Positions 34,719 to 45,118 of a DNA stretch of 64,000 nucleotides are shown piece by piece. Position 1 is the stretch's first letter; each line of letters starts with the position of its first letter. Made by a program: the position numbers and the translations under genes. Location: positions 2,681-66,680 of the forward strand of contig JANPMG010000169.1 in the NCBI GenBank assembly GCA_031422675.1, given 5' to 3'. The notes beneath the pieces were generated by a model that saw nothing but the letters and a program-made list of their open reading frames with translations, made no database searches and had not been told where the DNA came from. Source of the DNA: Acidimicrobiia bacterium. GTDB taxonomy: Bacteria; Actinomycetota; Acidimicrobiia; IMCC26256; JAENVU01.

Positions 34719-35492
34719 ATGGACGCTCGGCTCGAGGATCACGTCGTACTCATCACCGGTGGCGGCAGCGGCATCGGGCGCGCCACTGCGCTCGAGGTCG
34801 CGGCGCGGGGTGGCATCCCGGCCATCCTCGATCGGGACGCGGCCGGAGTGGCCGAGACCGCGGCGCGCGTGAGTGCGGCGGGCGGCCGATCCCTCGAGCT
34901 GCCCGGTGACGTTGCCGACGAAGCCACCATGCGGGACGCGGTGGCGCGCACCACGGGCGAGTTCGGTCGGCTGGACGGCGTCGTCACCGCCGCCGGAATA
35001 TTCGACGGACCGGACCTCCAGCCCCTCGCCGACGTCACCCTCGAAACCTTCAACCGCGTCCTGAGCATCAACCTCACCGGCACGTTCCTTGCGATCAAGT
35101 ACGCGGTCCCGCACCTCGAGCGCGCCGGCGGCACCGCCCGAACGAGCGTGGTGACGATTGCGTCGACCGCCGCGCTCCGGGGCCACGGTTACGGATCGGG
35201 TTACACCGCGAGCAAGGGTGGGGTGGCTGCGCTGACCAAGCTCGTGGCCGTGCAGTACGGACCCCGTGGGATCCGCGCCAACTGCATCTGTCCCGGTGCG
35301 GTGGACACGCCGATGACGAACGGGGTCTGGGACAACGAGGACTCGCGCGCTCGGATGAAGCGCGCCATCCCGCTCGGCGTGGTTGCGCAACCCGAGGAGA
35401 TCGCGTCCGTGGCGGGCTTTCTCCTCTCCGCCGATGCGCACCACGTCACCGGTCAGGTGATGGCGGTCGACGGCGGCAGCACCGTCATGTGA
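34719..35492 (+). CDS. Short-chain dehydrogenase/reductase (SDR)
   Basis: TGGGSGIGRATA motif and YTASKGGV catalytic motif. Confidence 0.85.
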   Translation: MDARLEDHVVLITGGGSGIGRATALEVAARGGIPAILDRDAAGVAETAARVSAAGGRSLELPGDVADEATMRDAVARTTGEFGRLDGVVTAAGIFDGPDLQPLADVTLETFNRVLSINLTGTFLAIKYAVPHLERAGGTARTSVVTIASTAALRGHGYGSGYTASKGGVAALTKLVAVQYGPRGIRANCICPGAVDTPMTNGVWDNEDSRARMKRAIPLGVVAQPEEIASVAGFLLSADAHHVTGQVMAVDGGSTVM

Positions 35493-35525
35493 CCGACCGC
35501 GCGGCGTGCGGGTCAGCCCCACCGA

Positions 35526-37016
35526 TCAGGTGGTGCGCGGGAATCCGAGATCGGGACCGCGGGTCGCCGGGTCGCCCCACCGGGTCGTGACCACCTTGGC
35601 ACGGGTGTAGAAGTGCACACCGTCGGGGCCGTGGACGTGCGTGTCGCCGAAGAGGCTCTGCTTCCAGCCACCAAACGAGTAGTAGGCCATCGGGACGGGG
35701 ATCGGGACGTTCACCCCGACCATCCCGGCGTCGACCTCGTGCTCGAAGCGGCGCGCGGCGGCGCCGTCGCGGGTGAAGATCGCGGCGCCGTTCGCGTACG
35801 GGTTCGCCGAGATCAGTGCGGCGGCTTCGTCGTAGGTCTCCACGCGCACCACGCACAGCACCGGGCCGAAGATCTCGTCGGTGTAGATCGTCATCTCCGG
35901 CGTGACCCGATCGAACAGGCACGGCCCGAGAAAGAACCCGGGAGCCGCAACCAGATCCCGACCGTCGACCACCAGCTCCGCGCCGGCGGTGCGCCCCGCC
36001 TCCACGTACGCGCCGACGCGATCGCGGTGCGCCGCGGTGACTAGAGGACCCATCTCGGCATCCTCGTCGGAACTCGCGCCCACGCGGATCGCACGAGTGC
36101 GGACCGCGATCGCGTCCACCAGCTCGTCGGCGACCCGGCCGACCGCGACCACGACCGAGATGGCCATGCACCGCTCACCCGCCGACCCGTAGCCGGCACT
36201 CACCGCCGCGTCGGCGGCCGCGGCGATGTCCGCGTCGGGGAGGACGACCATGTGGTTCTTCGCCCCGCCCAACGCCTGCACCCGCTTCCCGTGCGCGGCG
36301 CCATTCTCGTAGACGTACTGCGCAATCGGCGTGGACCCCACGAAGCTGAGCGCCCGCACCGACGGGTGCGCGATCAAGCCGTCGACCGCTTCTTTGTCGC
36401 CGTGCAGGACACTGAACACGCCGTCGGGGAGTCCGGCGTCGCGCCAGAGCTCGGCCACCAACATCGACGCCGACGGATCGCGCTCGCTCGGCTTGAGGAT
36501 GAACGCGTTACCGCACGCGATGGCCACCGGATACATCCACATCGGGACCATCGCGGGGAAGTTGAACGGAGTGATGCCCGCGACGACACCGAGCGGCTGG
36601 CGGATCGAGTGCACATCCGTTCCCGTCGACACGGACTCGGAGTATCCGCCCTTCAGCAAGTGGGGAATCCCGCACGCGAACTCGACGACCTCCTGACCGC
36701 GCGCCACTTCACCGAGTGCATCCGAGACGACCTTGCCGTGCTCGGCGCTGATCGCCCGGGCCAGGTCGAGCTTGCGCTGTTCGAGGCGCTCGCGGAACGA
36801 GAACAGGATCGACACCCGGCGACTCAGCGAGGTCTCGCCCCACTCGGCCGCCGCACGCGTGGCGCCGGCCACCGCCGCCTCCAACTCGTCCGGACCTGCC
36901 AGCATCACCTGGTTGGCCACCGTGCCGGTGGTCGGGGCGTACACGTCGGCGGTGCGAGCGGGAGTGCCGCTCCACTGCTTGCCGTCGATCCAGTGCGGAA
37001 TCGGACTCATGCTCAC
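35526..37016 (-). CDS. mmsA: CoA-acylating methylmalonate/malonate-semialdehyde dehydrogenase
   Basis: IPHWIDGK N-terminus, ALDH catalytic Cys region (GERCMA), and a length and C-terminus typical of the MmsA subgroup. Confidence 0.75.
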   Translation of the reverse strand: MSMSPIPHWIDGKQWSGTPARTADVYAPTTGTVANQVMLAGPDELEAAVAGATRAAAEWGETSLSRRVSILFSFRERLEQRKLDLARAISAEHGKVVSDALGEVARGQEVVEFACGIPHLLKGGYSESVSTGTDVHSIRQPLGVVAGITPFNFPAMVPMWMYPVAIACGNAFILKPSERDPSASMLVAELWRDAGLPDGVFSVLHGDKEAVDGLIAHPSVRALSFVGSTPIAQYVYENGAAHGKRVQALGGAKNHMVVLPDADIAAAADAAVSAGYGSAGERCMAISVVVAVGRVADELVDAIAVRTRAIRVGASSDEDAEMGPLVTAAHRDRVGAYVEAGRTAGAELVVDGRDLVAAPGFFLGPCLFDRVTPEMTIYTDEIFGPVLCVVRVETYDEAAALISANPYANGAAIFTRDGAAARRFEHEVDAGMVGVNVPIPVPMAYYSFGGWKQSLFGDTHVHGPDGVHFYTRAKVVTTRWGDPATRGPDLGFPRTT

Positions 37017-37032
37017 TCCTCGGGGTCGCGCA

Positions 37033-37860
37033 TCAGAGTCCCAAGCGCCGTTGGCGCCGTTGGCCGAGCCCGGTGGCGAGCGCCATCACTCCGATGCTGG
37101 CGAACAGGATCATCGATGCGAGCACATTGATCTGGGGTGGTGTGGCAGACCGGCTCTGGCCGAAGATCCGCACCGGGAACGTGGTCGTGTCCGGACCCGA
37201 CACGAAGTACGTGATGATGAAATCGTCGATCGACAGCGCGAAGGAAAGCAGGAAGGCGGCCAAGATCCCCGGCATGATGAGGGGCAACGTCACCCGGATG
37301 AACGTGCGCGCCGGGGTCGCGCCGAGATCCATCGCCGCGTCTTCGAGCGACCAGTCGAACCCGCGAATCCGCGCCTTGACCGTCATCGCCACGTAGCTCA
37401 GACAGAACATGATGTGCGCGATCAGAATGGTGGCGAAACCCAGCGAGAACTGACGGTTGAACGAGATCAAGTGGGGTTCGAGGAACAGCGTCAAGAGCGA
37501 CGCGCCGAGGACGATCTCGGGCGTGGTGAGCGGGATCACCACCAGGAAGTTGACGAGCCCACTGGCCCGGAAGCGGTAGCGGACTAGGGCGATCGCCATG
37601 AACGTGCCGAGGACGGTGGCGATCAGCGACGCGAGGAACGCGATCTCGAGGCTCAGGATGAGCGCGTCGACCAGCGCCGAATCGGCGAAGGGATTCATCC
37701 AGTTGTCGAGGGTGAAGCCCTGCCACACCGCATTGAACTTCCCCTTCGGTGCATTGAAGCTGAACGCCACGATGACGAAGATCGGTACGAAGAGATAGAG
37801 CAGCGACAGGCCCGCCACCACATTGATGCCCGCCCGGCCGATCCGACCACCCTTCGACAT
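37033..37860 (-). CDS. potC: Spermidine/putrescine ABC transporter permease
   Basis: Six TM helices with the EAA-loop region LEDAAMDLGATP. Start at MSKGGRIG within the longer track ORF. Confidence 0.8.
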   Translation of the reverse strand: MSKGGRIGRAGINVVAGLSLLYLFVPIFVIVAFSFNAPKGKFNAVWQGFTLDNWMNPFADSALVDALILSLEIAFLASLIATVLGTFMAIALVRYRFRASGLVNFLVVIPLTTPEIVLGASLLTLFLEPHLISFNRQFSLGFATILIAHIMFCLSYVAMTVKARIRGFDWSLEDAAMDLGATPARTFIRVTLPLIMPGILAAFLLSFALSIDDFIITYFVSGPDTTTFPVRIFGQSRSATPPQINVLASMILFASIGVMALATGLGQRRQRRLGL

Positions 37861-37907
37861 CACCGTGCCCGCCAGCTCCGGCCGCCCGCTCCGCCGCGTG
37901 GGCGCGC

Positions 37908-38807
37908 TCACGCGATGTCCTCGGTGCCGAGGACGCGGGCGTAGCCGATCACGATGACCATGACGATGGCCATGAACACGAAGGACAACGCGGCGGCGAC
38001 CGGGTAGTCGACCTGGACGAGGAACTGGTTCTGGACCACGTTGCCGATCATGGAGGTGCGCGAGTTCCCCAAGTAGTAGGCGTTGACGAAGTCCCCCGCC
38101 GCCGGGATGAAGACGAGCAGGCTCCCCGCGAACACACCCGGCAGCGACAACGGAACCACCACCTTGCGAAAGGCCCGCCAGGTGTTCGAGTACAGGTCGC
38201 GTGCGGCGTCGACCAGCCGGGGATCGATCTTCTCGAGCGCCACGTAGATGGGCAGCACCATGAAGGGCAGGAAGTTGTAGGTGAGTCCGCCGATCACCGC
38301 GAACTCGGTCCGGAGCAGGGTGTCGCTCGTGCTCAGCAACCCGATATCGCGCAGGAACCCGACCACGGTGCCCTGATCGCCCAGGATCGTCCTCCACGCG
38401 AGCGTCCGGATCAGAAAGTTCGTGAAGAACGGCACCACCACCAGGCCCAGGAGCAGGTTCTTGAATCGTCCGCCCCGGAACGCGATCACGTACGCCAGGG
38501 GGTACGCGATCACGAGCGCCAGCAGTGTGGCCAGCGCGGCGTACAGGAACGAACGGCCGAACTGACCGCCGTACGACGAGAACGCGCGATCGAAGTTGCT
38601 CCACTGCCAGTCGAACACCGGATCCGCGAATCGACTCGGGCGCGAGGACAACGCCATCCGACCCAAGGTGTAGAGCGGGAAGAAGAAGAAGGCGGCGAGG
38701 AACACCAAACCGGGTCCGAGCAAGAACCAGGGCGCGCGACGCGCGCGCGTACGGCCCTCGTCGTCCCGTTCGAGCGCGGAACTCCTGGCGGTCGAGCGCT
38801 CGGGCAC
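37908..38807 (-). CDS. potB: Spermidine/putrescine ABC transporter permease
   Basis: Polytopic, with the EAA loop LVDAARDLYSNTW. Operon position. Confidence 0.8.
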   Translation of the reverse strand: MPERSTARSSALERDDEGRTRARRAPWFLLGPGLVFLAAFFFFPLYTLGRMALSSRPSRFADPVFDWQWSNFDRAFSSYGGQFGRSFLYAALATLLALVIAYPLAYVIAFRGGRFKNLLLGLVVVPFFTNFLIRTLAWRTILGDQGTVVGFLRDIGLLSTSDTLLRTEFAVIGGLTYNFLPFMVLPIYVALEKIDPRLVDAARDLYSNTWRAFRKVVVPLSLPGVFAGSLLVFIPAAGDFVNAYYLGNSRTSMIGNVVQNQFLVQVDYPVAAALSFVFMAIVMVIVIGYARVLGTEDIA

Positions 38808-38810
38808 GGG

Positions 38811-39998
38811 CTAGCCCGCGCCGGTGACTTCCGCGAACCGCTGGTCGAACTGCTCCTCGGCCTTGGGGTCGAGCCCGCCGAAGATCGACAACTGCGCGAG
38901 GAAAGCATCGTCCGGGACGACGAGCGGGTTGTCCACCAACGCCGCGGCATCACCACCGAGCTTGGTGAGCTCCTCGGCGACGCCGTTCACCGGCGAGATG
39001 TACTGGATCTCGGCGGTGAGCAACGCGGCATTCTTCGGGTCGTAGAAGAAGTTGATGAACTCGGTGGCCAACCCCGCCTTGTCCGAGGTGTACGGGATCA
39101 TGAAGTTGTCCGACCAGAGGGTGCCCCCCGATTCCGGGACGACGAATTTGATGTTGGGATTGTCCTTGGAGATCTGGGCGACATCGCCGGACCACGCAAA
39201 CGCGGCGGCAAGGTTGTCCGCGCCCAAGTCGTTCACGTACTCGTTGCCGTTCGTCCCCGAGATGGTGCCGTCCGCGAGCGCCTTTTCCAACTGATCGAAC
39301 GCCGGCTGCGCAGCCGCGAACGTGGGCTTCGTGATGTCCTGGCCGTCGGCGAGCATGAACAGACCGATGGTGTCGCGCATCTCACTCAAGACCGTCTTTG
39401 TGCCCTCCACCGCAAGGAAATCGTCGATGGTATTGATCTCCTTGCCGGTGGTCGCGAGGTTGTACGCGATCCCGGCGATGCCGCTGGCCCACGGCGCGCT
39501 CGACTTCCGGGTCGGGTCGAACCCCGGACTCGCGAGCGCGGCCCGCAGGTTCTGCTTGTTCGGGAAGTCGGCGGCCACCAGCGGCTCGGTCCACTTCACC
39601 TGGTTGATCATGCGGTTCGCCATCCAGTCGGTCAGGACGAAACCGTCCCGACCGATGCTCTCCTTACGGCGCAGGTTGGGCCGCACCTTGGCGAAGTACT
39701 CGTTGTTGTCGTTGATGTCCTCGGTGTAGGTGAGCTTGATGCCGGTCTCCCGCTGGAAGTCCGCCTTCGACTGGTCGCCGATGTAGCTCGTCCAGTTCGA
39801 GATCGACACGGCCTTTGCGCCACCGCCGCCTCCGCCGCCGCCCTTGGATCCGGCACTCGACCCGCACGCGGCCAGGACCGTCGGACCTACCAACCCCGCG
39901 CCGAACAACGCGCCGGCTCGACCGATGAACTGACGCCGCGACATCGCCGCGCGCGTCAGTCGCACGGCCTCGCGCCGAACTGCATCGTGGTCCGTCAT
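38811..39998 (-). CDS. potD: Polyamine ABC transporter substrate-binding lipoprotein with a Tat-type signal
   Basis: SRRQFIGRAGA twin-arginine motif, LAACGSS lipobox, and a PotD/PotF-like body. Confidence 0.8.
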   Translation of the reverse strand: MTDHDAVRREAVRLTRAAMSRRQFIGRAGALFGAGLVGPTVLAACGSSAGSKGGGGGGGGAKAVSISNWTSYIGDQSKADFQRETGIKLTYTEDINDNNEYFAKVRPNLRRKESIGRDGFVLTDWMANRMINQVKWTEPLVAADFPNKQNLRAALASPGFDPTRKSSAPWASGIAGIAYNLATTGKEINTIDDFLAVEGTKTVLSEMRDTIGLFMLADGQDITKPTFAAAQPAFDQLEKALADGTISGTNGNEYVNDLGADNLAAAFAWSGDVAQISKDNPNIKFVVPESGGTLWSDNFMIPYTSDKAGLATEFINFFYDPKNAALLTAEIQYISPVNGVAEELTKLGGDAAALVDNPLVVPDDAFLAQLSIFGGLDPKAEEQFDQRFAEVTGAG

Positions 39999-40047
39999 CG
40001 GATTCTCCCTCGGTTGCCATTTGATTTCATCGTGATCATCCCGTCGC

Positions 40048-41154
40048 TCATCCGGCCTCGGCGGCCGCGACGACTCGGTCGTGGCGCCGTAACAGTCGGC
40101 CGCCGTCGGCGTCGCACTCCACCCGGACCGAGTCGCCCGGACGGAGCATCGGCAGATCCTCGTCCGGCCCCACGTGAGCGACGAGCGCGGTGCCGTCGGC
40201 GAGCGCCAGCTCCACTCGGATCACCGGGCCCTGGAACACCAGATCCACCACCTCGGCGCGCAAGCCTTCCCCGTCACCGACGTGCAGGTGCATCCGTTCG
40301 GGGCGAACCATGAACGTGGCCGGATCCCCCGCCGCCAGACCCGGGACCGCCGCGATGTTCACCGTGGTGCCATCCGCCAAACGCGCCGTGGCCCGCGCGC
40401 CGTCACGTGACTCGACCGACGCCGGGAGCAGGTTGGCCATCCCGATGAACCCAGCCACGAACTCGGACGCCGGCTCGTGATAGATCTCCTCGGGCGTTCC
40501 GATCTGTTCCACGCGACCCTCGTTCATCACCGCGATCCGATCGCTCATGGTGAGCGCTTCTTCCTGATCGTGGGTCACGAACACGAACGTGATTCCCACC
40601 TCGCGTTGGATCCGCTTCAGCTCGAGCTGCATGGTCTGGCGCAGCTTGAGATCGTGCGCGCCGAGCGGCTCGTCCAGCAGCAGCGCGCTCGGGTAGTTCA
40701 CGAGCGCACGAGCGAGCGCCACCCGCTGCTGCTGACCACCGGAGAGCTGAGCCGGCCGCCGGGCCCCGAAGTCCGCGAGGCGAACCACCTCGAGCATCTC
40801 GTCGACCCGGCGTTGGATCTCGGCTTTCGCCACCTTCTTCGACCGGAGGCCGAAACCCACGTTGGCTCGCACGTTCAGATGCGGGAACAGCGCATACTGC
40901 TGGAACACCGTGTTTACGTTGCGCCGGTACGGAGGGACGCGCGAGACGTCGTCGCCTTCCAGTCGGATGGCGCCCTCGCTCGGCTGCTCGAACCCCGCGA
41001 TCATCCGCAGGGTCGTGGTCTTGCCACAGCCCGACGGTCCGAGCATCGAGAAGAACTCACCCCGACGAATCTCGAAGTGGGAATCATCGACCGCGACGAA
41101 CGCGCCAAACCGCTTGGTGACGTGTTCGATGGCGATAACGGTGCTCTCGGACAA
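40048..41154 (-). CDS. potA: Polyamine ABC transporter ATP-binding protein
   Basis: GPSGCGKTT Walker [15 protein letters not shown], and a C-terminal TOBE-like domain. Confidence 0.85.
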   Translation of the reverse strand: MSESTVIAIEHVTKRFGAFVAVDDSHFEIRRGEFFSMLGPSGCGKTTTLRMIAGFEQPSEGAIRLEGDDVSRVPPYRRNVNTVFQQYALFPHLNVRANVGFGLRSKKVAKAEIQRRVDEMLEVVRLADFGARRPAQLSGGQQQRVALARALVNYPSALLLDEPLGAHDLKLRQTMQLELKRIQREVGITFVFVTHDQEEALTMSDRIAVMNEGRVEQIGTPEEIYHEPASEFVAGFIGMANLLPASVESRDGARATARLADGTTVNIAAVPGLAAGDPATFMVRPERMHLHVGDGEGLRAEVVDLVFQGPVIRVELALADGTALVAHVGPDEDLPMLRPGDSVRVECDADGGRLLRRHDRVVAAAEAG

Positions 41155-41290
41155 CCGTTCAGATCCTTCGTCAGTTCGCTCGGATGCCGAGTCTGCGCGA
41201 ATCCGTGGTTGAGCGCAAGCATCATTTTCTCATCGGAATTCGTCACGCGATCCACATTTCTCGACGGAGTCCCTTGCATGAAGGTCCTCT

Positions 41291-41310
41291 GACCACGCAA
41301 CATCGTGGTC
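41291..41310. promoter_or_regulatory. Inverted repeat gaccacg-N6-cgtggtc in the lower-GC potA / aldehyde dehydrogenase divergent region
   Basis: Read directly. Candidate operator; the binding protein is unknown. Confidence 0.25.
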
Positions 41311-41366
41311 CTACGGATCACCCGCCGTACCATGCCGACACCGATTCTCGCCCGAGGAGCAGTCCG

Positions 41367-42788
41367 ATGCCGCACCAGAACTTCATCGCCGGCCGCTGGG
41401 TGGACGCCCAGGACGGCGCCACCGACACCGTTCTGAACCCGGCGACGGGCGAGGCGATCGCGACGGTCCCGGCATCGGGCGCCGCCGATGTGGATGCTGC
41501 CGTCGCGGCCGCCAAGGCTGCGTTCAACGGATGGCGAACCGCCACTCCCCGCGCCCGGAGCGAGGCGCTCCACGCCGTCGCCGACGCTATCGAAGCCGAC
41601 CTGGACACCATCAAGGCGCTCGAGATGGAGAACTGCGGAAAGCCCGCCGGGATGATCGAGTTCGAGATGGACCTCACCCTCGACAACTGGCGGTTCTTCG
41701 CCGGCGGTGCCCGCCACCTCTCCGGTGTGGCCGCGGGCGAGTACCTCGAGGAGCACACCTCGTATCTGCGCCGTGATCCGCTCGGCGTGATCGGTTCGAT
41801 CGCGCCCTGGAACTACCCCATCAACATGGCCACCTGGAAACTCGGTCCCGCCCTCGCCGCCGGCAACACCGTCGTCCTGAAGCCGTCCGAGCTCACGCCG
41901 ATGACGGCGCTGCGCCTGGCCGAGATCACCGCCGACATTCTCCCGACCGGCGTCCTCAACGTGATCACCGGCGACGGCGCCACCGCCGGAGATGCGCTCG
42001 TTCGCCACCCCGATGTGGCGATGGTGTCGTTGACCGGCAGCGTGGAGACCGGCAAGGTCATCGCCCGCACCGCCGCCGACACACTCAAGCGCGTGCACCT
42101 CGAACTCGGTGGGAAAGCCCCGGTGATCATCTTCGACGACGCCGACGTCGAAGCCGCGATCGCGATCCTCACCGACATGGCCTATTACAACTCCGGCCAG
42201 GACTGCACTGCGCCGTGCCGGTTGATGGCCGGACCGCGTGTCTTCGACGATCTGGTGAGCGGGCTCACCGAATCGGTCGGAAAGATCGTCACCGGCGATC
42301 CCTTCGCCGAGGACACGGCGATGGGACCGGTCATCTCGGCCAAGCAACGGGAGCGGGTGAGCGCAATGGTGAGCCGCGCCGCCGAGGCCGGCGCCGAGAT
42401 CACCGTCGGCGGCACCGAGATCGACGGTCCCGGCTACTTCTACTCGCCATCGGTCGTGGTCAACCCGGCCCAGGACGCCGAGATCGTGCAGCGCGAGGTG
42501 TTCGGGCCGGTGGTGACGGTGCAGCGCTTCTCCAACGACGACGAAGCGCTCGCCTGGGCCAACGACGTGAACTACGGACTCTCGGCGAGTGTCTGGACCA
42601 CCGACGTCGGTCGTGCGATGCGCATGACCGCGGCGCTCGACTTCGGGTGCGTGTGGGTGAACGACCACATCCCGATTGTGTCCGAGATGCCCCACGGCGG
42701 GTTCAAGCAGTCCGGCTACGGCAAGGACATGTCGATGTACGCCATCGACGCCTACACCGAACTCAAGCACGTCATGATCAAGCACTAA
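41367..42788 (+). CDS. Aminoaldehyde (gamma-aminobutyraldehyde-type) dehydrogenase
   Basis: ALDH family: NFIAGRWV N-terminus, ENCGKP, ELGGKAP, and the catalytic Cys region GQDCTA. GAGGAG SD before the ATG at 41367. Confidence 0.75.
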   Translation: MPHQNFIAGRWVDAQDGATDTVLNPATGEAIATVPASGAADVDAAVAAAKAAFNGWRTATPRARSEALHAVADAIEADLDTIKALEMENCGKPAGMIEFEMDLTLDNWRFFAGGARHLSGVAAGEYLEEHTSYLRRDPLGVIGSIAPWNYPINMATWKLGPALAAGNTVVLKPSELTPMTALRLAEITADILPTGVLNVITGDGATAGDALVRHPDVAMVSLTGSVETGKVIARTAADTLKRVHLELGGKAPVIIFDDADVEAAIAILTDMAYYNSGQDCTAPCRLMAGPRVFDDLVSGLTESVGKIVTGDPFAEDTAMGPVISAKQRERVSAMVSRAAEAGAEITVGGTEIDGPGYFYSPSVVVNPAQDAEIVQREVFGPVVTVQRFSNDDEALAWANDVNYGLSASVWTTDVGRAMRMTAALDFGCVWVNDHIPIVSEMPHGGFKQSGYGKDMSMYAIDAYTELKHVMIKH

Positions 42789-42897
42789 CCCCGCAACTCG
42801 CACCAAAACCGCAAGCCCCAGCTTGCGTTTTGCGCGTGAGTTCGCCCACGACCGACTCCCACGACCAGCGCTGACGACCCGACACCGAGGGCCCGAG

Positions 42898-44256
42898 ATG
42901 ACCGACGACCTGACCGCCCGCGCCGACACGATCGCCGCCGCCGAGAACGAACGGCTCTGGGCGCGCACCACCGGATCGAAGGCGCTGTACGACCGAGCCG
43001 TTCTGCACATGCCGATGGGGGTGCCGTCCTCGTTCCAGGCTTGGGACCCCTACCCGGTGTATCTACGCGCTGGCCACGGAAGCCACGTCACCGACGTCGA
43101 CGGTCACGACTACCGGGACTTCCACAACGGCTTCGGCTGCATGGTCGTCGGTCATGCGCACCCCAAGGTCGCGGAGGCGATCACGCGCGCCGCTACCACC
43201 GGCACGCACTTCGCGGCACCGACCGAGACCACGGTGCGTTTCGCCGAGGTGCTCTGCGAACGCTTCGCCGTAGACACGGTGCGCTTCGCCAACTCGGGTA
43301 CCGAGGCGACGATGAGCGCGATCCGCGTCGCGCGCGCCGCAACGGGGCGGGAGCACATCGTGAAGGTGGAGGGCTCGTACCACGGCCATCACGACCCGGT
43401 GATGTTCTCGGTCGTCCCCGGATCGGATCTGATGGGCGGCCGCGACACGCCGTCCACCACGCCGATGTCGACCGGCATTCCCGCGGTCATGTCGGACTAC
43501 ACCCACGTCGTTCCGTTCAACGACCTCGAAGTGTTGCGCTCGTTGCTCGCCGATCGTGGCGACGAGATCGCGTGCCTCATTCTCGAACCGGTGATGATGA
43601 ACATCGGCATCTGTCAGCCCGAAGCCGGATACCTCCAAGGCCTGAAGGATCTACTGCATCAACACGGCGCGTTGCTCATCTTCGACGAGGTGAAGAGCGG
43701 TGCGACGGTCGCGTACGGCGGTGCGGCCGAGCGCTACGGCGTGCAACCCGATCTCGCGTGCTGGGCGAAGGCGATCTGCGGGGGAACTCCCGGCGCGGCG
43801 TTCGGTGGCCGGGCCGACGTGATGGACGCCATCGGGACCGGCGCCGCACAGCAGGGCACCTTCAACGGCAACCCGCTGATCGCCGCGGCCGGGATCGCAA
43901 CCCTCACCGAGGTCCTGACCCGCGACGCGTACGACTACCTCGCCAGCATCGGGACTCGGCTCGCAACCGGATGCGCGAAGGCCATGGACGAGAACGGCAT
44001 CCCCGGCCACGCGGTGGACCTCGGAGCGAAGGGCTGCGTCTCGTACCGGCCGACGCCGCTACGAAACTATCGAGACTTTCTGGAAACCAAGCCCGAGCTG
44101 TACCTCGCGTCGTACCCGTGGGCGATGAACCGCGGAATCTTCATGACGCCGGGCGACGAGGAGCAGTGGACGCTCTCGGTGCAGCACTCCGACGCCGACA
44201 TCGACGCCTACGTTGACCAGTTCGCCGATTTCTGCACCGCACTCGCGAACGGCTGA
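42898..44256 (+). CDS. Class-III (GSA-aminomutase-like) pyridoxal-phosphate aminotransferase
   Basis: GSEATMSAIRVARA, EGSYHGH, and the FDEVKSG PLP-lysine motif. Confidence 0.8.
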   Translation: MTDDLTARADTIAAAENERLWARTTGSKALYDRAVLHMPMGVPSSFQAWDPYPVYLRAGHGSHVTDVDGHDYRDFHNGFGCMVVGHAHPKVAEAITRAATTGTHFAAPTETTVRFAEVLCERFAVDTVRFANSGTEATMSAIRVARAATGREHIVKVEGSYHGHHDPVMFSVVPGSDLMGGRDTPSTTPMSTGIPAVMSDYTHVVPFNDLEVLRSLLADRGDEIACLILEPVMMNIGICQPEAGYLQGLKDLLHQHGALLIFDEVKSGATVAYGGAAERYGVQPDLACWAKAICGGTPGAAFGGRADVMDAIGTGAAQQGTFNGNPLIAAAGIATLTEVLTRDAYDYLASIGTRLATGCAKAMDENGIPGHAVDLGAKGCVSYRPTPLRNYRDFLETKPELYLASYPWAMNRGIFMTPGDEEQWTLSVQHSDADIDAYVDQFADFCTALANG

Positions 44257-44492
44257 ACTCACCCGACGCCCCGGACGTCTCAACGAGACCGGCTCGCAGA
44301 TCCGACGGCGATCCGGCACCCGCGGATGACGCGCCCCTGGGTGCGTGTTGGATCGGTCTCGGCGCTTGGGATGGATGTCACGCCGAGCGTGACGCAGATC
44401 CCATACGGTCGGGAAAGGGACGTTGCGGAATGCCTGGGTGAGCTGGGGCGAGGCGGAACGGCGCACGACGAGCGTCCGGATTGATGCGTCGG

Positions 44493-44780
44493 TCAGGTCA
44501 GTGAGATGGTTTCCGCAATTTGGTGCTGTTCGACCTTCGCGCTGAGCACGGCGGCCTGCTGGTCATCGCTGGGGCCCGAGCCTCGAAACGCTGCCGCAGC
44601 CTCCGCCGAGGTCCATTGCTCGAAGATGTTGATTCGCCCGGGTTCGATGGGGTCGGCCGAGAGATGGAAGTCGAGACAGCCGTCCGCGTCACGTGCGAGC
44701 CGAGCGACCTCCACACAGCCGGCGAGGTACGCGCCGCGCCCAGCGGGTTCGACCATGAGATGTCCGCTCACGACGATCAT
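44493..44780 (-). CDS. Antibiotic-biosynthesis-monooxygenase (ABM) domain protein
   Basis: 95 aa with a ferredoxin-like ABM pattern (C..F....D......I.IFEQW.S.EA...F). Confidence 0.65.
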   Translation of the reverse strand: MIVVSGHLMVEPAGRGAYLAGCVEVARLARDADGCLDFHLSADPIEPGRINIFEQWTSAEAAAAFRGSGPSDDQQAAVLSAKVEQHQIAETISLT

Positions 44781-44854
44781 CTTCCGATCGTAGGATCCGC
44801 GTCGTTCCGAGGCGACCGAATCGGCGATCCGACCAGCCCGGACCGCTGATGCGG

Positions 44855-44884
44855 TTCACATCTTGATGCAAGGCGCATTATGAT
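44855..44884 (+). promoter_or_regulatory. Sigma-70-like promoter for vapBC (TTCACA-N18-TATGAT), probably giving a leaderless or near-leaderless mRNA
   Basis: The hexamers sit in a locally AT-richer patch. The -10 ends 6 nt before the vapB ATG (44891), and no SD is visible. Confidence 0.4.
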
Positions 44885-44890
44885 GCTGAG

Positions 44891-45118
44891 ATGCGAACCA
44901 CCATCGATCTCCCGGATGACCTCCACCGCATCGCAAAAGCACTCGCACACGATCGTCGTCAGACGCTGAGTGAGGCGGTCGCGGAGATCATGCGCCGGGG
45001 AATCGGACCGCGACACCCGTTGACCTTCTCCCAGGATCCCGGTACCGGGCTTCCCCTCGTGCGGGGCGGGCCGTTGGTGACTTCGGAAGACGTACGGTCC
45101 CTCGAGGACGATGAGTGA
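44891..45118 (+). CDS. vapB: Type II antitoxin, VapB family
   Basis: MRTTIDLPDDLHRIAKALA N-terminus typical of VapB (DUF2191-like) antitoxins. The stop overlaps the GTG of the PIN gene (GTGA). Confidence 0.8.
   Translation: MRTTIDLPDDLHRIAKALAHDRRQTLSEAVAEIMRRGIGPRHPLTFSQDPGTGLPLVRGGPLVTSEDVRSLEDDE

Noticed and set aside
33858-35522. 554-aa minus-strand ORF; likewise 10270..11592 (440 aa), 18382..19143 (253 aa) and 28771..29802 (343 aa).
   Set aside because: In each case the N-terminal part is an out-of-frame or antisense run-on through a neighbouring gene. The recognisable domain starts at an internal ATG or GTG that shows operon-style overlap or an SD sequence.
44257-44492. 236-bp gap between the convergent aminotransferase and ABM genes, considered as a possible small gene or sRNA. 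It contains a short hairpin, gtcacgc-cga-gcgtgac.
   Set aside because: The only ORF there (44059..44466, minus) is an Arg/Pro-rich run-on overlapping the aminotransferase 3' end. The hairpin is compatible with a plain bidirectional terminator region, and I see nothing further to support a feature.
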